Assembly (NCBI GenBank): GCA_046328225.1
Contig: JAXLWZ010000004.1
Span: 99,240 to 163,239 of the forward strand
Source of the DNA: Dehalococcoidia bacterium
GTDB lineage: Bacteria > Chloroflexota > Dehalococcoidia > Tepidiformales > Tepidiformaceae
Direction of reading: 5' to 3'
Length of the DNA stretch: 64,000 bases
Shown: positions 57,146 to 64,000 of the stretch, one piece after another
Numbering within the stretch: the first letter of the stretch is position 1
Layout of the letters: every line of letters begins with the position of its first letter
Notes under the pieces: model-generated
What the model saw: only the letters and a program-made list of their open reading frames with translations
Databases searched by the model: none
Told to the model about the DNA's origin: nothing
Translations under genes and position numbers: made by a program

Positions 57146-58948
57146 CTACGCGTCCTTGAACACGCCCGGCACGAGCGCCTTCGAATCGCGCTCACCGCGC
57201 AGCCGCGCCACGATGTCTGTCACCGGAGTCGCCCCGAGGTCGCCGCCGCCGCGGACGCGCACCGCCGCCGCCCGCGCCTCGGCCTCGCGGTCGCCGACCA
57301 CGAGCATGTACGGGATCTTGCGCATCTGGGCGTCGCGGATCTTGCCGTTCATCCGCTCGTTCCGGCCGTCCACCTCCACGCGCAGCTTCGCCGCCCGCAG
57401 CTCCTTCGCCACCTCCTCGGCGTAGGCCACGTGCCGGTCGGCGATGGGGATGACGACGGCCTGCACCGGCGACAGCCAGAGCGGGAAGTTTCCCTCGTAC
57501 TCCTCGATGAGCAGCGCCACCATGCGCTCCATCGTCGAGAGCACCCCCCGGTGCACGATGATCGGCCGCTGCCGTGACCCGTCCTCGGCGACGTACTCGA
57601 GCTCGAACTGTGCCGGCAGATGGAAGTCCACCTGGATCGTCACGAGCGTCTCGTCTTTGCCCGCCGCTGTCTGGAACTGCACGTCGATCTTCGGGCCGTA
57701 GAACGCGGCTTCGCCCTTCGCCTCATGGAATTCGAGCCCGGACCGCTGCATCACGCGCCGCAGCAGCGCCTCGCCCATCTCCCACATCGGCGGGTTATCG
57801 ACGTACTTCTCCGTGTCCTCCGGGTCCCCGAGCGAGAGGCGGTAGCTGTAGTTCCGCAGCCCGAGCGTCCCGTAGACGTCCTCCATGAGCTCCAGGACAC
57901 CCGCGATCTCCTGCTCCACCTGCTCCGGGCCGGTGCAGAAGATGTGCGAGTCGTTCAGCGTCATGATGCGCACGCGGCTCATCCCCGTGAGCTGGCCCGA
58001 CTTCTCCCAGCGGTGCATGTTCCCCAGCTCCGCCAGCCGGATCGGCAGCTCCCGGTACGAATGCAGCTCCGATTCGTACACCATGATGTGGCTCGGACAG
58101 TTCATCGGCCGCAGCGCGTAGATTTCGCCCTCGCGCTCCATGATCGGGTACATCGCGTCCTGGTAGTGCGACCAGTGCCCCGACCGCACGTAGAGCTCCT
58201 TCTTGCCCACGTTCGGCGTCACGATGTGCTGGTACCCGCGCTCGATTTCGAGGTCCTCGATCCAGCGAATGAGCTCGCGCCGGATGGTCGCGCCGGCCGG
58301 CAGCCAGATGACGTGCCCCGGGCCGATGTTCTCGATCAGGTCGAACAGCTTCAGCTCCCGCCCGATGCGCCGATGGTCGCGGCGGCGCGCCTCCTCGAGC
58401 TGCTGTTCGTACGCGGCCAACTCCGCTTCGGTCTCGAAGAGCGCTCCATAGACGCGCTGCAGCTGCGGGTTCTTCTCGCTCCCCCGCCAGTACGCGCCCG
58501 CGATGGACATCAGCTTGAACGCCGGGATTTCGCCCGTGTGGTTCACGTGCCCGCCGCGGCAGAGGTCCGTGAACGCCGCGTGCGTGCACTGCGTCACGTT
58601 CCCTTCCTCGATGTCCTTCAGCAGGTCGAGCTTGAACGGCTGGTTCGCCCACTTCGCCTCGGCCTCCGCCTTCGTCAGCGAGGCCATCTGGAAGGCGTGC
58701 TTGCCCGCCAGCGACCGCCGCATTCGCTCCTCGAGCCACGCCAGGTCGTCCGCGTTCAGTGGCCGCGGCAGCCGGAAGTCGTAGTAGAAGCCGGTATCGA
58801 TGGGCGGCCCGATGCCGAGCTCGGCCTCGGGCATCAGCTCCACCATCGCCTCCGCGAGGACGTGCGCGGCGGAGTGGCGCATGCGGTTCAGCCGTTCCTC
58901 CTTCGGCAGCGAAGCGAGGTCGACGTGGGATTCGATGGGGTCAGCCAT
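57146..58948 (-). CDS. thrS: Threonine--tRNA ligase (lacks the N-terminal TGS domain)
   Basis: Class II aaRS motifs, editing-domain HxxxH (RHSAAHVLAEA), catalytic core, anticodon-binding domain. Confidence 0.9.
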   Translation of the reverse strand: MADPIESHVDLASLPKEERLNRMRHSAAHVLAEAMVELMPEAELGIGPPIDTGFYYDFRLPRPLNADDLAWLEERMRRSLAGKHAFQMASLTKAEAEAKWANQPFKLDLLKDIEEGNVTQCTHAAFTDLCRGGHVNHTGEIPAFKLMSIAGAYWRGSEKNPQLQRVYGALFETEAELAAYEQQLEEARRRDHRRIGRELKLFDLIENIGPGHVIWLPAGATIRRELIRWIEDLEIERGYQHIVTPNVGKKELYVRSGHWSHYQDAMYPIMEREGEIYALRPMNCPSHIMVYESELHSYRELPIRLAELGNMHRWEKSGQLTGMSRVRIMTLNDSHIFCTGPEQVEQEIAGVLELMEDVYGTLGLRNYSYRLSLGDPEDTEKYVDNPPMWEMGEALLRRVMQRSGLEFHEAKGEAAFYGPKIDVQFQTAAGKDETLVTIQVDFHLPAQFELEYVAEDGSRQRPIIVHRGVLSTMERMVALLIEEYEGNFPLWLSPVQAVVIPIADRHVAYAEEVAKELRAAKLRVEVDGRNERMNGKIRDAQMRKIPYMLVVGDREAEARAAAVRVRGGGDLGATPVTDIVARLRGERDSKALVPGVFKDA

Positions 58949-59290
58949 GGGGGTACTCCGTGCAGTCGGCGGCCAGGTCGCCGCGGGCGAAACGCGCCTC
59001 GGGAGCGGGCTGGCGAAGGCGGCGCGGCCTCAGCCAGCCACGATAGTGGCCTGCCCCGGGCCCGTTCTCGTGTCGAAATGCATGCGCGATCGCGGCATGG
59101 CTGTTCCCCTGTGTTGCCTGCGCGAAAGGGCACGCCACGCTGGCGCCGCCAATCCCGGGACGAGCGCGCGGGCTCGTGGTTCCACCCGGGTTCGCCGCCC
59201 ATGGAGCGGCCTCATCATGGCCGGTGACGGGGCCATCCGTGCTCGCTTGGGGCGCCATCGCGCCGTTCGCGGCAGGCTCGCGGGTGGTCT
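58949..59290 (-). promoter_or_regulatory. Candidate T-box riboswitch leader of thrS
   Basis: The minus-strand RNA contains GAACCCGGGUGGAACCACG (T-box consensus AGGGUGGNACCGCG, one mismatch) about 225 nt upstream of the thrS AUG; GC-rich pairing potential and GGAG SD near the AUG. Confidence 0.35.
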
Positions 59291-59518
59291 TCGCCGGCCT
59301 TCTCGTCGCGCTTTCAGCCCGGGGCGCGAACTCTCTGGGGCGGACGGCTACTCGTCCCGGTCATCGCCGATGGTTCGAGGATAGCACAGGCGGCGCATGC
59401 CGCCGCCTGAGGAACGAGGAATGAGGAATGAGGAATGAGGCGCGAGGCTCGAGGCTCGAGGCCGAGGGGACAACCCTCAAGGCCCGAGTCCCGGCGTTGG
59501 GGCGCTGACGCGCTTACC

Positions 59519-60988
59519 CTACGGACGACCGGAACGGTTGAGGCTGTCCGCCGCCGCGAGTACGGGGTCGCGCCGCGCGGCCGACATGTCGTCCATCTCC
59601 AGCTGGACGTTGATGGGATAGACGCCGGTGAAGCACGCGTTGCAGAGGTCGTTCGCGCTTTGACCGGTTGCGGCGTTCAGCCCTTCCACGCTCAGGTAGC
59701 CCAGCGAGTCCGCGCCGATGTGCGCGCAAATCTCATCCAACGTCTTGTTCGCCGCGATCAGTTCGGACTTCGTCGCCATGTCCACGCCGAAGAAGCAGGG
59801 CGAGATGATCGGCGGCGATGCGAAGCGCATGTGCACCTCGGTCGCGCCCGCCTTCCGCAAAAGCTGGACCACGTGCGGCGTCGTCGTCCCCCGCACGAGC
59901 GAGTCATCCACGACCACGACGCGCTTGCCGCGCAGGACATCGCCGAGCGCGTTGAACTTCAGGCTGACGCCCGCCGCGCGAATGCGCTGGTCCGGCTGGA
60001 TGAACGTCCGCCCGACGTACCGGTTCTTGACGAGGCCCTCGCGGTAGGGGATGCCCGCCTCGCGCGCGTAGCCGATGGCCGCCGGGATCGCCGAATCCGG
60101 CACCCCAATGACGAGGTCCGCCTCCACGTGGTGCTCGCGCGCCAGCTGCGCACCCATCTCTTCCCGCACCGGGTAGATGAGCTTGCCCATGAACTGGCTG
60201 TCGGGTCGCGCGAAGTAGACGAGCTCGAAGGTGCAGGCCGCCCGCTTCGCCAGCGGCGCCACCGGCGAGAAGCTGCGCATCCCGCTGCCGTCGATTTGCA
60301 CGACCTCGCCAGGGCGCACTTCGCGTTCCATTTGCACTCCGAGGTGCTCCAGCGCGCACGATTCCGACGCCACCACCCAGCCGCCGTTCCCCAGCCGCCC
60401 GAAGCAGAGCGGCCGCACGCCCAGCGGGTCGCGAACGCCGAAGAGCACGTCCTTGGTCATGATGACGAGGCTGTACGCGCCCTCGATGCGGCGCATCACG
60501 TAGTGGAACTTCTCTTCCCAGGTTCCCGCCGGCGCCATCGCCAGCAGGTGCGCGATGAGTTCGCTGTCGGCGGTGGATTCGAACCGCACGCCCTGCGCCT
60601 CGAGGTCCTCGCGCAGCACGTCCGCGTTCGTCAGGTTGCCATTGTGTGCGAGCGCGATCTGCTCGCCCGTCTCCCGGTCGCGAACGAGGATCGGCTGCGC
60701 GTTGCAGGCCAGCGAACCGCCCGCCGTGCTGTAGCGCGTGTGCCCGATCGCGATCTGGCCCCGGAGGAACGCGAGATCCTCCTCGTCGAACACCTGCGAG
60801 ACCAGCCCCATCCCCGTCCGCAGACCGAAGCTTTCGCTCCCGTTGCTGGTGGCGATGCCGGCACTTTCCTGCCCGCGGTGTTGGAGGGCGTAGAGCCCAT
60901 AGAAGGTGAGCCGCGCGACATCCTCACCGGGGCCAAACACCCCGAACACGCCGCAGGCTTCTCGCGGATTATCGTCTTCAGGAATCAC
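59519..60988 (-). CDS. purF: Amidophosphoribosyltransferase PurF
   Basis: Class II Gln amidotransferase with catalytic Cys after an 11-aa propeptide (VIPEDDNPREA|CGVFGVFG); PRTase motif VVVVDDSLVRGTT; C-terminal Cys residues consistent with a 4Fe-4S cluster; GTG start (the track ORF extends to 61084). Confidence 0.85.
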   Translation of the reverse strand: MIPEDDNPREACGVFGVFGPGEDVARLTFYGLYALQHRGQESAGIATSNGSESFGLRTGMGLVSQVFDEEDLAFLRGQIAIGHTRYSTAGGSLACNAQPILVRDRETGEQIALAHNGNLTNADVLREDLEAQGVRFESTADSELIAHLLAMAPAGTWEEKFHYVMRRIEGAYSLVIMTKDVLFGVRDPLGVRPLCFGRLGNGGWVVASESCALEHLGVQMEREVRPGEVVQIDGSGMRSFSPVAPLAKRAACTFELVYFARPDSQFMGKLIYPVREEMGAQLAREHHVEADLVIGVPDSAIPAAIGYAREAGIPYREGLVKNRYVGRTFIQPDQRIRAAGVSLKFNALGDVLRGKRVVVVDDSLVRGTTTPHVVQLLRKAGATEVHMRFASPPIISPCFFGVDMATKSELIAANKTLDEICAHIGADSLGYLSVEGLNAATGQSANDLCNACFTGVYPINVQLEMDDMSAARRDPVLAAADSLNRSGRP

Positions 60989-61208
60989 GCCGTGGCACCC
61001 CTCCAAGCGCGTGACCGCTTCGCACCCTGCCAGTATAGGCGACCCGCGATCAGGGCGGCAAAGCCGCCGCATAAGAACTTTCACTAGGTGCCAATCCCGA
61101 TACCCCCTGTGCGCACCTTGCCACCGCGCCGACCGCGCGCCCGCGAGGGCAAACCAAAGGCCCGCCAGTGCGGCGGGCCTCCGGGAAGTTCGAACACGCC
61201 GTCCGCGC

Positions 61209-62144
61209 CTAGGCCGTGATCTTGTCGACCTCGGCCATCTCCTCGCCGGTGAGCCGCCATTCCAGCGCCGCTACGTTCTGCGTGATCTGCTCGGGCGAAG
61301 TCGCCCCCGCGATCACGCTCGGCACGTACTTCTTGCTCGCCAGCCAGCCCATCGCCAGGTCCAGGATCGAATGCCCGCGCGTCTGCGCGAACGTCGAGAG
61401 CTTCTCCACGAGGTCGAAGTTCTTGTCGCTCAGCATGCGGCCGGCGCGGGGGCCCCAGGCCGCGAGGCGCGTGCCCGCCGGCGGCTCCTGCCCCTGTACG
61501 TATTTGCCCGTGAGCACCCCGCTCGCCAGCGGGAAGTACGGCAGCAGCCCGACGTTGTACGCCTCCAGTGCCGGCACGAGGTCGCCTTCGACCCGGCGGT
61601 TCAGCAGGCTGTATTCGTTCTGCGCCGACACGAACGGCGCCACGCGCTCGTACTTCGCGATCGCCTGCGCTTCGGCCGTCTGCCAGCCCGCGAAGTTCGA
61701 ATGCCCGATGTAGCGCACCTTGCCCGCGCGCACGAGGTCTTCCAGCGCGCGCATCGTCTCGTCCAGCGGCGTGAGCGCGTCCGGCCGGTGAATCTGGTAC
61801 AGGTCGATGTAGTCCGTGCCCAGCCGCTTCAGGCTCGCCTCGCACGCCGCGATCACGTACCGCCGCGACCCGCCCGCCTTGTACGGCCCTTCGCCCATCG
61901 GGCTGCCGAACTTCGTCGCCACCACGACATCCTGGCGGCGGGCACCCAGCGCCTTGCCCAGCATCACCTCCGACTGGCCGCCGCCGTACACGTCCGCCGT
62001 GTCGAACAGCGTCACGCCCAGCTGGATCGCCTTGTCCACGACCGCCTGCGTCTTCTCCTGGTCGAGCCGCATCCCGAAGTTGTTGCAGCCAAGGCCCGCG
62101 ACGGAGACGCGCAGCCCGGAAAACCCGACGTTCCTGAATTCCAT
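61209..62144 (-). CDS. Aldo/keto reductase
   Basis: AKR catalytic tetrad context (DTADVYGGGQSE, ...K..., IGHSNF). Confidence 0.85.
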   Translation of the reverse strand: MEFRNVGFSGLRVSVAGLGCNNFGMRLDQEKTQAVVDKAIQLGVTLFDTADVYGGGQSEVMLGKALGARRQDVVVATKFGSPMGEGPYKAGGSRRYVIAACEASLKRLGTDYIDLYQIHRPDALTPLDETMRALEDLVRAGKVRYIGHSNFAGWQTAEAQAIAKYERVAPFVSAQNEYSLLNRRVEGDLVPALEAYNVGLLPYFPLASGVLTGKYVQGQEPPAGTRLAAWGPRAGRMLSDKNFDLVEKLSTFAQTRGHSILDLAMGWLASKKYVPSVIAGATSPEQITQNVAALEWRLTGEEMAEVDKITA

Positions 62145-62192
62145 CCCATTCCTCCCGTGTTCGTGCGGAGGAGTATACGAGCGATAAGCGGC

Positions 62193-63956
62193 TTATCGCT
62201 CGCCAGTGCCGGGGCCGGCGAACCACCACGGTGCCGCGCCGGGCGACGCCTCGCCCCACTGCCGTTCGAACCACTCGAACGTCGCCGCGTCGCCCGGGTG
62301 CAGGTCGATCACCCAGTACGGGTCGAGCGCGTTCCAGCCCGCCACCAGCCCGTCAAACACGAGCAGGCTGCCATCGTCGTGCCGCCAACGAAGGCGAAAG
62401 ACCACGCGCGCATCCGCCCGCCGCGCGCCACGCTTCTCCCACGCCGCGATCAGGTCGCGAATCGCCGCCGTGCCGTTCGGTGTCCGGCGCACCGCCGTCA
62501 CCGCCTGTTCGAACGCCCGGCCGGGACCACCCGTCACCGTCGGGTTCAGGAACGGCTTCAGCGGCGCCGGCACGAGCGTCAGCACCACCTCTTCCCAGTT
62601 CTCGACGTGCATCCGGAATGCCTCGGACGTCACCAGCTCCAGCAGATGCGGCCCGCCCTCGGTTTCATGGAACGGCGGCAGCGGAAATGGGTCGAAGCGC
62701 CGTGCCGCCGTGTTCCCGCCGATCAGCCGGCAGTCCGCATCGAACACGAACAGCGGCCAGGGCAGCCGTTCCGCATCCCGTTCCAGCTCGGCCGCCGAGA
62801 GGTAGTTCAGCGAGGCATTGGGGTGGTAGGCCACATCCAGGCCCGACATCCAGCGCGCAATCCACGAGGGCTCCGGGCTCATCCCCAGGTCCTCGAGGAT
62901 GAAGTTCATCGTCGGGCCGTCCATCTGCAGCGTCCGCACGATGGTCATGACGGTGTCGCGCCGGGGACGCCGGCGGCCCTTCTCGAGGCTGTACACCGCG
63001 TTCGCGGACAGCCCCACGCGCGCGCCGAACTCCGCCTGCGAAAGCTTCACCCGCTCCCGGAACGCACGCAACGCCTCGTTCCATCGCACCGGCAGGTCCG
63101 GCTCCCAGTGCTCGCGCGAATGCGCCTCGCGCGTGCCCATCGTCTTTTCCACCCAGCGCCACGTTTCCGCGTTCGCCGGGTGCCAGTCGAACGCGTAGAG
63201 CGAGTCGAAATCGCTCCACGCGCGGAACACGGTCTCGAAGCGCAGCACGGTACCGTCAGCCACGCGCCACTTCACGGGGTGGCTGTTCCGGGCCCCTTCG
63301 CGCCACACCGGCACCGTCTGGTAGAGCGTCAGCAGGTCGCCGAAGGCCTCCGGGAAGCGCGTCCCGAGCTCCATCATCATCTGCAGCAGCGGCGCCGCGC
63401 CCTGCCCCGCTTCGCCCGTCTCCGAATCCGGCGGCCGCGAAAGGTGCGCCATCTTCCAGAACGACACCTGCCGCCCGATGAGGTCCATCCAGTTCAGCAG
63501 GTGCTTGCGAAAGTGCGCCGTCGCCGCGAGCCACACCACATTCCGCTCCCCGAGCGTTTCGAAGTGCTCGGCGAAGTTCAGCTCCGCCACCGCCTCCGCC
63601 ACCGAGTTCCAGGCGAGGATGTCGTTGTAGTCGTCCAGCAGCAGGAACGACCAGGGGTACGCCTCCATCTCGTCCGCGTAGGGCCGCAGGCCGATGCGCC
63701 GCCGCCGCCGCAGCTCGCCCGCGGGATCGTTCGGCTCCGGCTCGAAGCCCGCGTCGGCCAGCACCGGGCGCCGCTCCGCGAGCGGCATCTCCAGGCGCTC
63801 GCAGTAGCGCAGCAGGTTCTCCCGTTTTGGGTGCCGCCCGCCCGTTTCCCACGCTTCGATCGTCGCCTTGCCGATGCCCGTCGCCTTCGCCGCCTGCAGC
63901 CGCGACCAGCCCATCCCGTCCCGCGCCCGCCGGATCGCCTCGCGCCATTCGTCCAC
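62193..63956 (-). CDS. Protein with two tandem XRE-type HTH + ~200-aa unknown-domain modules (Scr1/DUF5753-like regulator duplicated in one chain)
   Basis: HTH 1 GWSRLQAAKATGIGKATIEAWETGGRHPKRENLLRYCERLEM; HTH 2 VKLSQAEFGARVGLSANAVYSLEKGRRRPRRDTVMTIVRTLQMD; each followed by a Trp-rich domain with shared motifs (NxAxxxF, WxxVxxxL). Confidence 0.6.
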   Translation of the reverse strand: MDEWREAIRRARDGMGWSRLQAAKATGIGKATIEAWETGGRHPKRENLLRYCERLEMPLAERRPVLADAGFEPEPNDPAGELRRRRRIGLRPYADEMEAYPWSFLLLDDYNDILAWNSVAEAVAELNFAEHFETLGERNVVWLAATAHFRKHLLNWMDLIGRQVSFWKMAHLSRPPDSETGEAGQGAAPLLQMMMELGTRFPEAFGDLLTLYQTVPVWREGARNSHPVKWRVADGTVLRFETVFRAWSDFDSLYAFDWHPANAETWRWVEKTMGTREAHSREHWEPDLPVRWNEALRAFRERVKLSQAEFGARVGLSANAVYSLEKGRRRPRRDTVMTIVRTLQMDGPTMNFILEDLGMSPEPSWIARWMSGLDVAYHPNASLNYLSAAELERDAERLPWPLFVFDADCRLIGGNTAARRFDPFPLPPFHETEGGPHLLELVTSEAFRMHVENWEEVVLTLVPAPLKPFLNPTVTGGPGRAFEQAVTAVRRTPNGTAAIRDLIAAWEKRGARRADARVVFRLRWRHDDGSLLVFDGLVAGWNALDPYWVIDLHPGDAATFEWFERQWGEASPGAAPWWFAGPGTGER

Positions 63957-64000
63957 GCTCGCCCTCCAGATCAGCCGAACGCTTCGTACAGATGGCGATC

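Noticed and set aside
59410-59465. Possible CRISPR array or minisatellite-encoded peptide
   Set aside because: Units are only 7 bp with no spacers; there are no cas genes and no ORF.

Overview
This is a 64 kb, ~70% GC, gene-dense bacterial chromosomal segment. About 70 genes could be called, many translationally coupled by ATGA/TAATG overlaps. Because of the GC content, most long ORFs on the opposite strand are artefacts. Gene content suggests a monoderm, F420/flavin-using, high-GC lineage (Actinomycetota- or Chloroflexota-like); I could not identify the taxon from sequence alone.

Housekeeping genes: thrS (with a candidate T-box leader), purF, thyX, pyrE, pdxT, tRNA-Leu(CAG), tRNA-Arg(GCG), an ECF sigma / anti-sigma pair, a PgpH-type 7TM-HD phosphodiesterase, and a Kef-type antiporter.

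Accessory blocks:
- A complete minus-strand Tad/Flp pilus locus with no secretin (39840-48744): flp, tadE, a vWA-containing tadG-like gene, cpaB, cpaE, cpaF, tadB, tadC and a DUF192 gene.
- A PIM-like glycolipid operon (25050-29202): two HtrB/LpxL-family acyltransferases, a PHP phosphoesterase, a GT4 mannosyltransferase-like gene and a membrane protein.
- Three LLM (luciferase-like) flavin/F420 oxidoreductases and two PPOX-like genes.
- An SCP-x thiolase / DUF35 pair under a perfect palindromic operator.

Most unusual observations:
1. Three tandem, near-identical ~62-aa Cys4 mini-genes (CxxCG...YC(S/G)SLC, TRASH/YHS-like) directly downstream of a MarR-flanked LLM oxidoreductase, with a fourth divergent 42-aa copy convergent to them.
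2. A membrane-anchored cytochrome c + 4-5 LysM + amicyanin-like cupredoxin fusion protein.
3. A tandem pair of tiny MAxQxGKRY zinc-ribbon paralogs in which one copy has lost its Cys ligands.
4. A protein built from two tandem XRE-HTH + unknown-domain modules.

No CRISPR arrays, rRNA genes, transposases or integrases were seen.
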